This document shows positions 33,713 to 44,106 of a stretch of DNA of 64,000 bases, one piece after another. How positions within the stretch are numbered: position 1 is the first letter of the stretch; each line of letters begins with the position of its first letter. A program made the position numbers and the translations under genes. The notes beneath the pieces were generated by a model, which was not told the origin of the DNA, did no database searches, and was given only the letters and a program-made list of their open reading frames with translations. The DNA comes from an uncultured bacterium (GTDB lineage Bacteria > Fidelibacterota > Marinisomatia > Marinisomatales > UBA1611), in assembly GCA_943788175.1 (NCBI GenBank), contig CALSPG010000007.1, positions 32,001 through 96,000 of the forward strand, read 5' to 3'.

Positions 33713-35113
33713 TTATTTAAAATCAGCTAAGATACTACTGATGCAACATGTTAGTTTTTTTGCAAATGGTATATGTAAAAATTCATTCGGTCCATGAGCA
33801 TTTGATTTTGGACCCAATACACCCGTAATTACAAATTGTGCCTTCGGAAATTGTTCGCCTAACATAGCCATAAAAGGAATAGTACCACCCTCGCCAATTG
33901 AGCCAGGCATCTGTTTAAAATATGAATTGGAAGCTTTTTCTATAGCCTCCAATAACCAAGGTTCTGTTTCTGGCGCATTCCAACCTTCTGCCGCTTCTTC
34001 AAAATCCAGCTCAACTGTAGCTTTGTAAGGTATGTTTTTTTCTAAAACTTTTTTAATAGCATCTACTCCTTCTTGAGGATCAACCATAGGCGGAATTCGC
34101 ATAGATAACTGAAGGGTTGTGTACGGTCTTAAAACATTTCCAGCGTTTGCGGTTGATGGTAACCCATCAGAACCAACTATAGATAGAGCTGGTTTCCAAG
34201 TTCGCCTCAAAACACCTTCTACTATATCATCTGTGGAAGGTTCCATTTCGTCTTTCCATGGAAATTCTTTCACGAGCTCATCTCCAAGAATTGAGACTAG
34301 TTTTTCCGTTTCTTTAATACGGTAGTCTGGTATATCTGTATGAAGTTCTTCTACTAAAACATTCCCGGTTTTTTCATCTTCTATTTTAGAAAGTAGGCTT
34401 CTTGCAATTCTAAATGATGAGGGTACATGCCCACTAGCACCACCAGAATGTATTCCTTCTTTTAATACTTCCACTTTCATCTTTAAACCAATCAAGCCAC
34501 GCAAAGATGTTGTTGTCCAAAAGCGTTTATAATCACCGGCCCCCGAGTCTAGACAAACAACTAGGTCTGGTGTTCCAATTAGCTCTGAACAAAGTTCCAT
34601 GTAATGTGGTAAATCAGGAGACCCGCTCTCTTCTGAAAATTCAATTAGAACTAAGATTCTAGGGTGGCTAATATTTTGTTCTTTTAGTGCATTCACACTT
34701 GCTACCGATGCAAAAAGTGCATATCCATCATCTGCTCCCCCACGACCATAAAGCTTTTCGTCTTTTATTACAGGTGTCCAAGGTCCCAACCCCTCATCCC
34801 AACCTTCCATTTCTGGCTGCTTATCTAAATGGCCATACATTAAAATATTTCCTTCTGTTGTACCTGGAATATCTAACATTATAAGAGGCGTTCTGTTTGG
34901 AGATTTTTTAACTATTAACTCTGACCCTTCTGGTTTGTTTTTTTCTGTCCAAGCCACTGCTAACTTTAAAACTTGTTCCATATGACCGTGTTTTTCCCAA
35001 TCCGGATCAAAAGATGGAGATTTGTTTGGTATTTTTATGTATTCAACTAGTGTTGGTACAATTTTATTATCCCAAAAATTTGTAATGTATTTATTTAAAA
35101 TATCTGAATTCAT
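33713..35113 (-). CDS. M20/M25/M40 family metallopeptidase (dipeptidase-like)
   Basis: YGHLDKQP, LYGRGGADDG, EESGS, GEGGTIPF, NAHGPNE. Confidence 0.92.
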   Translation of the reverse strand: MNSDILNKYITNFWDNKIVPTLVEYIKIPNKSPSFDPDWEKHGHMEQVLKLAVAWTEKNKPEGSELIVKKSPNRTPLIMLDIPGTTEGNILMYGHLDKQPEMEGWDEGLGPWTPVIKDEKLYGRGGADDGYALFASVASVNALKEQNISHPRILVLIEFSEESGSPDLPHYMELCSELIGTPDLVVCLDSGAGDYKRFWTTTSLRGLIGLKMKVEVLKEGIHSGGASGHVPSSFRIARSLLSKIEDEKTGNVLVEELHTDIPDYRIKETEKLVSILGDELVKEFPWKDEMEPSTDDIVEGVLRRTWKPALSIVGSDGLPSTANAGNVLRPYTTLQLSMRIPPMVDPQEGVDAIKKVLEKNIPYKATVELDFEEAAEGWNAPETEPWLLEAIEKASNSYFKQMPGSIGEGGTIPFMAMLGEQFPKAQFVITGVLGPKSNAHGPNEFLHIPFAKKLTCCISSILADFK

Positions 35114-35114
35114 T

Positions 35115-37091
35115 TTATTTTAGTAGTAATAGTTTTTGAGTATAAAAACTCTGTTCATTTTCAATGACAAAAATATATGTTCCGGAAGGAACTTCCTGTC
35201 CTAAGTTATTCAACCCGTTCCATGTTAAATAGTGAGTACCTTTTTTAATGTTCCCCTCGAATAAATCGATTACTGATTGACCCATAAGGTTAAATATTTT
35301 TGCTGAAATTATATTATCACCACTTGTTTTATAAGGTATCTTGATATTATTATTAAATGGGTTTGGGTATGCTGTTTCTAATTTAAATTTATTTAAGACC
35401 GCATCTTCTTTGGGTGTGCTAAGAACAGACTCAAATGAAATTGATTCTATATTAAACCCACCTTGAACAATTTGAAGTCTAATAAACTGATTTTCGTTTG
35501 AAATCTCCACATTAGGTATTGTTAAATCAGACCAATTATACCAACCTCCGGTAGAAGTTGGTACGTTAAGTACACTTATGTTTACTCCATTGATTTGGAT
35601 AAAAAACATACCACCATCCCCATTAGAGGCAACAGAAACATTTATATTGTAATTTCCAGGCGTGACATTTTCAACCGTGTAGCCAAGCCATTCTCCAGTT
35701 TCTGTCCAACCAATATTGTAAGGATACCCATTAGGGTTTGTGTTACTTTCAACATCAACACCATCATTTCTATAGCTCCAGCCATCATTGTAGCCACCAT
35801 CACCATTATTGTACCAATTATCATCTGTATATGATATTCCCCAATTTCCCACATCATAATGGACTGCTGCGATTGTTCCTGGAATTGAGTGAGCTCTATA
35901 CGGCTTTGAAACTGATCCATATTCAGGGTCGGTTAAGCAAGAAATAACACCCTCATTTACATGACAATTTTCAATTTTTAAATTTTCTGTAAGAGTAGAC
36001 AAAGCATACTCTGCTTCTTGTGAAGTAGGGGGAACAGTATTTCCTTCGAAATAGTTTAATAAATTATTGTATTCTGGCGAAATAATGGCGGAATAAGGAC
36101 TAGTTATTTTATCAGCTTTTTTATGGCACCAAAAATTCCAACCTATGTTATTTTCTTCTAGTAATTTAATCAAAGTCTCATAATACCAAGAGTTAGAATT
36201 TTCTCCTGATTCGCCCATCCATAATGGAACATTATAGGTGTTACGCATTGACAAATAAGATTGAATAGTTGATATATCTGTCTCCCCCCAATATTTATGA
36301 AAGGAATAGGACATATTATTATCCCAGGGTGGAGTAAGTCCAGAAAAATCAGTTCCATACCAATTCCCTTCAACAAAAACGATATGGTTTTGGTCTACCT
36401 CTCTTATAGCTTGCGTAATATCTATGTAGAGTTGTTTGAATTCAGTTAGGCTTACCCCTCCTGGTAAAACAGGCTCATTGATTAAGTCATACCCACCAAT
36501 AAGTGTATTGTCAGAATAGTAGTCCGCTATTTCTCTCCAAATTTGAACTGTTAATTCTTTTTTATCCTCTTCAAGCCATAATCTAGCTATACCATCGCTA
36601 TCGCTAATTGGACCGCCATTTTGTGCGCCTGGCGCACAATGCATATCAAGAATAACGTACATATTATAAGGCTCACACCAGGAAAGAAGTGTGTCTACAA
36701 TTTCGTATCCAATTGGCGTTGATCCATCTTCCGTGTGAAACTGTTTGTAGTGAAATGGAAGCCTTATATGGTTAAAACCCCATTCAGCAATCTGATCAAT
36801 GTCGGCCCTGGACACGAAATTTTTTCTATACTCATCCCAAAACTCGTTTGATTTTTCTTCTCCAATTAAATCTACAACATGGTTCTCTATTTGAGTTGGA
36901 GATTCGAAACCTTCTATCCAGGCTCTATTTATAAGCATATACCCTTCAGGGACCAGCCAACCGCCTAGCCCAAAACCTCTTAGTAATATTGGTTCGCCGT
37001 TGCCTTCTACAATTTCTTTTCCAGCAGTGTGTAAAAACCCCTGAGAAAAAGATAAACCAGATAAAATTAAAATTATTTTTATTAATCGCAT
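35115..37091 (-). CDS. Secreted GH5 endo-beta-glucanase with CBM6-like module and C-terminal sorting domain
   Basis: LRGFGLGGWL, GFNHIRLPFHY, INEP (acid/base), WMGESGEN (nucleophile); IGWTETGEWLGYTV CBM6; YPNPFN tail. ORF can extend to 37100. Confidence 0.9.
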   Translation of the reverse strand: MRLIKIILILSGLSFSQGFLHTAGKEIVEGNGEPILLRGFGLGGWLVPEGYMLINRAWIEGFESPTQIENHVVDLIGEEKSNEFWDEYRKNFVSRADIDQIAEWGFNHIRLPFHYKQFHTEDGSTPIGYEIVDTLLSWCEPYNMYVILDMHCAPGAQNGGPISDSDGIARLWLEEDKKELTVQIWREIADYYSDNTLIGGYDLINEPVLPGGVSLTEFKQLYIDITQAIREVDQNHIVFVEGNWYGTDFSGLTPPWDNNMSYSFHKYWGETDISTIQSYLSMRNTYNVPLWMGESGENSNSWYYETLIKLLEENNIGWNFWCHKKADKITSPYSAIISPEYNNLLNYFEGNTVPPTSQEAEYALSTLTENLKIENCHVNEGVISCLTDPEYGSVSKPYRAHSIPGTIAAVHYDVGNWGISYTDDNWYNNGDGGYNDGWSYRNDGVDVESNTNPNGYPYNIGWTETGEWLGYTVENVTPGNYNINVSVASNGDGGMFFIQINGVNISVLNVPTSTGGWYNWSDLTIPNVEISNENQFIRLQIVQGGFNIESISFESVLSTPKEDAVLNKFKLETAYPNPFNNNIKIPYKTSGDNIISAKIFNLMGQSVIDLFEGNIKKGTHYLTWNGLNNLGQEVPSGTYIFVIENEQSFYTQKLLLLK

Positions 37092-38296
37092 TCTTCGCAT
37101 TTATTAAAACATATTAAATTTAGAACTTTATCGGCAGATTCTGTAACTACTATTCGATCATTGTATTGGCCCGTGCCGCAATTACTAGGCACCGTTTCCC
37201 AACCACCAGACCAGGTAGTAGGGAAATACCCATTTCTAAATTTATAAGTAAAAGTAGATTTTTTTGGTAATGATAAACTAACAGACCAGATATCAGTCCC
37301 TTCTTGAGGAAACATTCGTATACCACCAGGGGAGCCAGACCCAATAGTTCCACCTGATATCCAAACCCCTGTTCCTCCAACATTAACGTTTTTCATATCA
37401 ACAGAGACTGTCACCATCACATCATTTTCTACAGTTGTTTTTTCATAAACCTTTACATAATCAACCATCATCTCCAAAGGGAATCGTGTCGCGTCAACGC
37501 CTTGAACACCTCCCCAATCACCACCAACAGCTAGGTTTAAAATAATATAGTGAGGGTTATCAAAAGGCCACTTAGAAATGTCACCATCACTATCATTATA
37601 GACAAAAAAGTATGGATCATTATCAACCAAAAACCTTAAATAATTTGGAGTCCACTCTAAGCTATAAACATGAAAGCTATCTGTGGCTGTATTAATTATT
37701 GTTGAACCTGATTTTTGGGTGTTTAAATTATGGTTAAATGTTTCGGTATGAATCGAGCCATGAATTATATCATCCTCGTAACCTACGTGTTCCATTATAT
37801 CTATTTCACCACATTGTGGCCAACCATCTGTGCTAATATTTTCGCCAAGCATCCAAATTGCCGGCCAAGAGCCGCGCCCCTTTGGTAGCTTAGCTCTGAT
37901 GTCAAAACGACCATATGTTTTATTGAATTTACCAGCTGTGTTTATTCTTCCGGATGTATAGTCGGAATTATAGTCGTTCCCCTGGTAGTCTTTATCAAAA
38001 TAACCCGGTTCCACAAGAGCTCGAATAACCAAGCACCCATCTTTAAAATATAAATTTGTATCTCTGTTTGTATAGGCCTGCAGTTCGTTATTTACCCAGC
38101 CTGGTCTCCATTTTAAAATATTCCACTTATTATTATCTAACACTGGGCCATTAAATTCTTCATTCCAAATAAGACTCCAGGTTGAATCAGACTCTTCAGG
38201 TACAATATTATCATTAGCATTTTCACTTTCAGAATCATTACACCCAAAAATGAATATTAAAAATATGATATATAAAAATTTTGAAAAATTAAACAT
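37082..38296 (-). CDS. GH16 laminarinase-type lipoprotein with a C-terminal Cys-containing module
   Basis: Lipobox IFGC; WVNNELQAYT, YTSGRINT, WPAIWML, GEIDIMEHVG (beta-bulge motif), NLAVGGDWGG. Confidence 0.9.
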   Translation of the reverse strand: MFNFSKFLYIIFLIFIFGCNDSESENANDNIVPEESDSTWSLIWNEEFNGPVLDNNKWNILKWRPGWVNNELQAYTNRDTNLYFKDGCLVIRALVEPGYFDKDYQGNDYNSDYTSGRINTAGKFNKTYGRFDIRAKLPKGRGSWPAIWMLGENISTDGWPQCGEIDIMEHVGYEDDIIHGSIHTETFNHNLNTQKSGSTIINTATDSFHVYSLEWTPNYLRFLVDNDPYFFVYNDSDGDISKWPFDNPHYIILNLAVGGDWGGVQGVDATRFPLEMMVDYVKVYEKTTVENDVMVTVSVDMKNVNVGGTGVWISGGTIGSGSPGGIRMFPQEGTDIWSVSLSLPKKSTFTYKFRNGYFPTTWSGGWETVPSNCGTGQYNDRIVVTESADKVLNLICFNKCEECD

Positions 38297-38300
38297 TATA

Positions 38301-39386
38301 CTATTTAACGAATAAAACCTTTGCGTTTTTGATTAACGTTCCATTATTTATTTTTAAAATATATGTACCAGAAGAAACATTTTCTCCTTTATTGTTCTTG
38401 CCGTTCCAAACAATATTTTTTTCTCTATTGGTATGGTGTGTCCAATTCGACTTGTAAATAATATTTCCATTAATATCATATACATTAAAATTAATTAAAG
38501 AGTTTTCATTTGTTTTGATGGGTATAGAAACACGCCCATTAAAAGGATTTGGGTAGGGAGGTTTTATTTGAAATAATTGTGGTAATTGATTATCGCTTAA
38601 TTTAAGTGGGTCCCCATTATAACCTGTATCTCCAGGTTTTGTTAAACATAAAATCATATAGCCGGATTGGAACACAACATTTGCATATGTGAAATCTGCA
38701 TTGTTTCCGTCAAAAGAGTGCGATGCTTTGCTCCAACGATCTCGGTCATAATCATCAAAATCATCTTTCCATAACTCTATGAAATTATTATTTGTTCCTG
38801 CATTTCCTGTGCCTGGTACATAGGCATAATATTTAACCCAATCATAAAGTGCATACGAAGGCAGTGTTGTCTCATCAAAAGACCCGGCCCAGCTCACGGA
38901 AGTTGGTTGCCAGATGTTCATCATTAATTGTTGAGGATGATAAAGTGAATCAACATAGAAATTATTTATATACCGAATAAGCATATCATCAACAAAAAAG
39001 GCAATGTAGTCTGGGGTCCACTCAATAGCATAATCATGAAAGTTTTCTTGTGGGTTAAAACTAACAACTGTTTGATCTGGGAGGTCCCATTGGTTTTGTA
39101 TAATTAAATTCGTTGTTACCTTATTATCATACCTACCGAGTAATTCAATATCTATTTCATTCCAGTGTTGCGCTCCAACTAACCCCTCTGCCCAATAATC
39201 CCTATATAAAAAGAAAGAATTTACAACTCCGCTTCCAGGTGCTGCTTTCATTCTAGTCTCAAAACGACCATACTGAAATGTTTGGTCTGTTCTTAGTTCA
39301 CCTCCGCGATAAGGTTCTGCAACTAAAATACTTAAAATAGTGAAGGATGATACAAAACATAATTTCATTATAGAAATTTTTTTCAT
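38301..39386 (-). CDS. GH16 lichenase-type (circularly permuted) beta-glucanase with C-terminal sorting domain
   Basis: Signal peptide; YRGGELRT, YGRFETRMK, WNEIDIELLG (no bulge), then WKDDFD...ILCLT; YPNPFN tail. Confidence 0.88.
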   Translation of the reverse strand: MKKISIMKLCFVSSFTILSILVAEPYRGGELRTDQTFQYGRFETRMKAAPGSGVVNSFFLYRDYWAEGLVGAQHWNEIDIELLGRYDNKVTTNLIIQNQWDLPDQTVVSFNPQENFHDYAIEWTPDYIAFFVDDMLIRYINNFYVDSLYHPQQLMMNIWQPTSVSWAGSFDETTLPSYALYDWVKYYAYVPGTGNAGTNNNFIELWKDDFDDYDRDRWSKASHSFDGNNADFTYANVVFQSGYMILCLTKPGDTGYNGDPLKLSDNQLPQLFQIKPPYPNPFNGRVSIPIKTNENSLINFNVYDINGNIIYKSNWTHHTNREKNIVWNGKNNKGENVSSGTYILKINNGTLIKNAKVLFVK

Positions 39387-42300
39387 TAAAGTATAAAACT
39401 CGATTTAAGACAACTAACTTTTATTTCTTTTATCTCTCCTGATCTAGAAAACAATTTTTTACTGATTTCAGCGGGTAGAATATTTCCTGAGATATTTTCT
39501 GTAGTTTGATTATTAAACGAAACAGATAAGTTGTAACCTTGTTCAGATAGTTGATATATGATTGGAACTTGACAATATGTAAAGGCAAGTTGCTGTGGCT
39601 TAAGACTGTATTCACAGAAATTATGATTTATATCAACATATGAAAAAACAGCATCTTCTTTTAAAAATTCAGATAATTTTAGAAGATTGGTTTGGAAAAC
39701 AAGTTTGCCATTTTTTAGAGAGCATCCTAATTCTCCCATCCGTGTAATAATTTCTTCCTTGACTTGTCCTGTCATTCCTGGTTGCTGAGCACCCCTATTA
39801 TATGGAGTATGAGAGTAAGGGTCGTAAGGGAAAGCTCCGTATTGTTCAGGAGTTTTATCTGAACTAAGACCAGCTCTTATTTTGTAATATAAATCACCGA
39901 GTTTTTTTATTATCGAAATATCCTCTTTCGTATTGACAGCTTCAAAAAACAATTCTTGGGTAGCTAATAACAATTTAGAAACCATGTGCCAATATATAGA
40001 TCCAATTCCTTCATAGGCATACATAGTTCCTGATCTACCGGTGTAGTTTTGGTGATCAAAAATTTCAAGATAATAGTTTAAAACCTTATTTTTTTCTTTT
40101 TGAATATCTTTAGCGTACTTTTCAACATTTGACAAACGGTCTAGTTTTTTTTCAAGAAAATTTGAATTAATTAGTGATTCATTAAATCGATAGTTACCAA
40201 CATCGTCTATATAAAGTATTTCAGTGTTTTTTTGTTCTATTAGGTTTTTGAAAAGATTACAATCATCAACAATATTATCTGGAATTATATTTTTATCTAA
40301 AAATCTTTTTAATTTTTTTCGCGGATAAAGCATAAAACTATTTTGTTCTGATTGGTACATGTCACTTTTAAAAAGAGAAGAAAGAATATTTATCGCCTCT
40401 TTTGGCTTAACCTGTCCAGAACTTAGAGCGGACACCTGTCCTTCAAGCATCGGGAAAAGAGCTGAGACATTTATTTCATTCGTTTTATCTATGTTAATAG
40501 TATTGTAGGCAGAATAAAGATATTTATTTAGGTTGTTTTTCATTGAGCTTTCAAAATAACGTAAAACCAAATTGTTAAAATCTATTAAATCAATGATTTT
40601 TAATTTTTCACTGTTTTTTGATATCTGGTTATATGTTTGTGACCTATAGCGTGAAAAAGCTTCTTGTAATTCAACAACAAAGTTTTTTCTGCTGGTAGGT
40701 CCGATTTTACCTTCTAGGCTAGATTCATAACTCTCAAAAATATTTTTAATAGTTTTAAACCACATTACTACTTCAGAAGAAATTTCAACCTCAACATTAT
40801 TTACATCAGAAAGGACCTTGTTTAAAAACAGTATATGTCGATTTAAGTAGTAAAGTGTTACCATTGAAACACCATAACCCACTAAGGCATTGTTAGCATC
40901 GTTCCATTCAGGTCTTTGTGCATTCAGCCAGATACCACCATCGGGGATGAAATTTGATAATTTTGATAATTGTAGTATCAAAAGTTTTTCCGCCATTGTA
41001 ACATGGACCACTTTATTTTTATCAATGACTAACTTAGCATCTGTTCCAAAGTCTTCAATTTTATTTATGATGACTTGATGAAGTTCGTGATCAAATTCTA
41101 TCGTGTCTTTGGGGTTGTTTAGGATTTCATTAGAGCTTTTAATTTTATAAGGAACGTTAGCCGAACTAAATATTTTAGAGTTGAAATAACGTAAAATAAA
41201 GTCACTATTTATTTCCCATTGAGATTCAAGCAGTTTTAACAGATATATAATTTGATGATCATTCCAGTATCCAATGTGACTCCACGTATCTTCCTCATCC
41301 ACAACCTCCCAATCAATCCCTTCTTTATTTATTCTGTATGGATTATATCCGTCAGTTGTGCATGCATTTAAAAATTTGCATATTATTGATTCAAGAGACT
41401 TTGGATAACTTATAGAAAGACCTTCCCAGTTTTGAAAGATATCTCGCCAGTTCCCTTCGTGGTAGTATAAAACAGAATTCCCATCATTTACTTTTATATT
41501 AAACTGATTCCAAGGTCTGCTTGGGTCGCCATGCCTTCTGCCAAAAGTGAGAGGCAAGTATTCGTAACACAATCTTAAAAGAGAAGAATTTTCTCTGGTT
41601 TCCCCAAAATGGATTAGGTCAGTTAAATTACTCTTTTCATCAAGTTGACTTAGGTCTTCTTTAACAGCATTATATTCATTTTTATTTCTTGTCTTTAAAA
41701 AATCAATAAAATCATTTTTATTTATATCATAGTTTTGAACAAAAATCCCACCACGCATTATGTTAAAGAGGACATTCGATGTATGATGTAAATTATTGTT
41801 AGTAGATGAAGTGAGCTGAAAGCCATCTGAGCTTCCTATATATTTCATTAATGAAATATGATTTTCTTTTATGCTTTTATCAATCTCGTTACTTATAGTG
41901 TTTATTGATTCATTTAGATGGACAATGTTTTTATGATTTTGATTTACATCTAATACTATATCCCAATTAGCTTTTTGGTCTGGTTTTAATTTTTTTCGAG
42001 TATTTATAAAATAAGACCCCGGCACTCCAGTTATAACATCTTCATTGTTATTTGCATTCTCAGGAAAAAGAAGCGTTGCTTTAAAATTAATTTCACTTCG
42101 AAACCATGCGGTATTAGCAGTTAGGGATTCTCCTGGGTCTGGCCTATCCATTATCAAAGACCCAAGAGAGAAGATTGCGAGGTTTGTATCTCGAATAATC
42201 TCTGAATGTTTATAGGCATTTGATAGGTTGCTTAAAGATTGTTGTGTTTGTACATCAAGTCCTGAAGGTAAAATATTTTGAAGGCCATCAATTATTTCAA

Positions 42301-42748
42301 ACTCAAACTCTTCTTCTGAGTTATTTACTAATGCTGTTCTTTTTATAAATCCAAATTCTCTACTAGGTAACCATTGGTATCTAAAAGAAAGTTTTAAATC
42401 TTTATTTATTTCTTCATAAAGAATATTATCGCCGAGAGCATCCTTGTATAGATTTCTTTGAACATTATGTTTTGCGGGTAAATAAGAAAGGGGAGACCAG
42501 GTATCAACTTTTTCATTACTTTTATAAATATTAATTTTTGTGCATGGACCAGTTGTGTTCAAACTAGTATGAATTAAGTTATCTGTAATATATGGAAACA
42601 GGGCATGATCCGCCTTTTCTCTTCCGGCGGTAAGTGCGCCATTGCTTGAAATAAACATCCAATGGTTGTCGCTGCTTGTTAAGCTCATTAAGAAAGGGTC
42701 CATCCGGTCAACATTTTTTATTTTATATGCTGGTTTTTTCATTGTCAT
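39386..42748 (-). CDS. GH149 beta-1,3-glucan phosphorylase
   Basis: ~1,120 aa, no signal peptide; YLPLTFGRRHGDPSRPWN, EGNWRDIFQNWE, GYWNDHQIIYL, GAQQPGMTGQVKE. ATG at 42748 is the likely start. Confidence 0.85.
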   Translation of the reverse strand: MTMKKPAYKIKNVDRMDPFLMSLTSSDNHWMFISSNGALTAGREKADHALFPYITDNLIHTSLNTTGPCTKINIYKSNEKVDTWSPLSYLPAKHNVQRNLYKDALGDNILYEEINKDLKLSFRYQWLPSREFGFIKRTALVNNSEEEFEFEIIDGLQNILPSGLDVQTQQSLSNLSNAYKHSEIIRDTNLAIFSLGSLIMDRPDPGESLTANTAWFRSEINFKATLLFPENANNNEDVITGVPGSYFINTRKKLKPDQKANWDIVLDVNQNHKNIVHLNESINTISNEIDKSIKENHISLMKYIGSSDGFQLTSSTNNNLHHTSNVLFNIMRGGIFVQNYDINKNDFIDFLKTRNKNEYNAVKEDLSQLDEKSNLTDLIHFGETRENSSLLRLCYEYLPLTFGRRHGDPSRPWNQFNIKVNDGNSVLYYHEGNWRDIFQNWEGLSISYPKSLESIICKFLNACTTDGYNPYRINKEGIDWEVVDEEDTWSHIGYWNDHQIIYLLKLLESQWEINSDFILRYFNSKIFSSANVPYKIKSSNEILNNPKDTIEFDHELHQVIINKIEDFGTDAKLVIDKNKVVHVTMAEKLLILQLSKLSNFIPDGGIWLNAQRPEWNDANNALVGYGVSMVTLYYLNRHILFLNKVLSDVNNVEVEISSEVVMWFKTIKNIFESYESSLEGKIGPTSRKNFVVELQEAFSRYRSQTYNQISKNSEKLKIIDLIDFNNLVLRYFESSMKNNLNKYLYSAYNTINIDKTNEINVSALFPMLEGQVSALSSGQVKPKEAINILSSLFKSDMYQSEQNSFMLYPRKKLKRFLDKNIIPDNIVDDCNLFKNLIEQKNTEILYIDDVGNYRFNESLINSNFLEKKLDRLSNVEKYAKDIQKEKNKVLNYYLEIFDHQNYTGRSGTMYAYEGIGSIYWHMVSKLLLATQELFFEAVNTKEDISIIKKLGDLYYKIRAGLSSDKTPEQYGAFPYDPYSHTPYNRGAQQPGMTGQVKEEIITRMGELGCSLKNGKLVFQTNLLKLSEFLKEDAVFSYVDINHNFCEYSLKPQQLAFTYCQVPIIYQLSEQGYNLSVSFNNQTTENISGNILPAEISKKLFSRSGEIKEIKVSCLKSSFIL

Positions 42749-42749
42749 A

Positions 42750-44099
42750 CTAGATATGTTTATCAACTATTGTAATTATTGATCTTTTAGGAATTGTGAA
42801 AACAGATCTTATTTGATCCCTGTTGTATTTAATTTCAACATCACCATCATTTTTATTCAGTATAATAGTTTGAGTTGAACCTCCATCCTTTTTAATAGAA
42901 GATAGGACTTCTATGTTTTCGTTTGTGTTTACAGAGTTTACAATTTTGTCGCCAGGCATTATAAATCTTGAAAAGTGACCAATGTAGTAATACGAACTTT
43001 GGTATAGTAATTCTTGAGACTTTGTATCAACAATTATCGGAGCACTACAATAGTTTCCAACGTGATTTGGGCCTCCTTTTTCATTTAAAATTAGATTCCA
43101 ATCTATCCACGCCACTGTCCACCTGTTTAAATCATTAATTATTGAAGTAGCATATCGCTCCCCTAAATCCCAAGAACCAATATGGGGACCACCTTCTTGA
43201 CATCCTTCTGTAAAAATCAATTGTTTGTCTGGAAATTCATCGTGGACTTGTTGCACATTATCAAAATGGTCACCACAATACCAGTGAAATCCTGTGCCCC
43301 ATACATATTTTGCTGCTTTAGGGTCACTCAAAACTGTTCTAGCTCTTTTGACCATTATATCTCTGTTATGGTCCCAGATTATAACTTTTTTATTTAATAG
43401 ATTGTGTCTTTCGAGCGATGGGCCTAAATGGTTTTTGATAAAATCTCTTTCTTCCTCTGCTGTGTATAAGCATGAGTCCCATGTTTGCTTGGCTTCAGGT
43501 TCATTTTGAACAGACAAACCCCACATCGGGATTCCTTCGTTTTCGTAGTGTTCTATAAACTTACAATAGTAGTCAGCCCAGATATCTCTATATTCATCTT
43601 TTAGTTTTCCACCGAAATTCATTTCACCGGTTGTTTTCATCCAAGCTGGTGGACTCCAAGGGGAGGCCATTATTCTAATTTTATTTTTTCTCTTTTGGAG
43701 TGCATCTTTTATTAGTGGGATTAAAGATATTCTATTTCTAGCTAATGAAAATGTATTTAGCTCTGGATCATTCTCTTTTTCAACATGGGCATAATTACCC
43801 AATGAAAAATCACAACTATTAATATGCGTTCTAGCCATACTGTACTTATTCCCATCATCTCCAAAATAAGCTTCAATGATTTCTTCTTTTTTACTCTGAT
43901 CTAGTTCTTTGTATATGCTAGATGAGGACTCTGTAAAGGAACCCCCAAAACCCAAAATTTCTTGGCGAACTTTATGGGTTTCTACAGTTAGCTCTGAACT
44001 TATATTAGCATTTTTATTAGATATTTCTTTTGGTGATATTTGAAAAATTCTATCAGATGAGTTTTTTGAAGTAATAAAGAGTTTTAGGTTGTCGTTCAT
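42750..44099 (-). CDS. GH30 glycoside hydrolase (probable beta-1,6-glucosidase for laminarin side chains)
   Basis: GFGGSFTE, SCDFS, ASPWSPPAWMKT, VQNEP, FTEGC, GGPNHVGN. Confidence 0.9.
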   Translation of the reverse strand: MNDNLKLFITSKNSSDRIFQISPKEISNKNANISSELTVETHKVRQEILGFGGSFTESSSSIYKELDQSKKEEIIEAYFGDDGNKYSMARTHINSCDFSLGNYAHVEKENDPELNTFSLARNRISLIPLIKDALQKRKNKIRIMASPWSPPAWMKTTGEMNFGGKLKDEYRDIWADYYCKFIEHYENEGIPMWGLSVQNEPEAKQTWDSCLYTAEEERDFIKNHLGPSLERHNLLNKKVIIWDHNRDIMVKRARTVLSDPKAAKYVWGTGFHWYCGDHFDNVQQVHDEFPDKQLIFTEGCQEGGPHIGSWDLGERYATSIINDLNRWTVAWIDWNLILNEKGGPNHVGNYCSAPIIVDTKSQELLYQSSYYYIGHFSRFIMPGDKIVNSVNTNENIEVLSSIKKDGGSTQTIILNKNDGDVEIKYNRDQIRSVFTIPKRSIITIVDKHI

Positions 44100-44106
44100 C
44101 TTTTAC

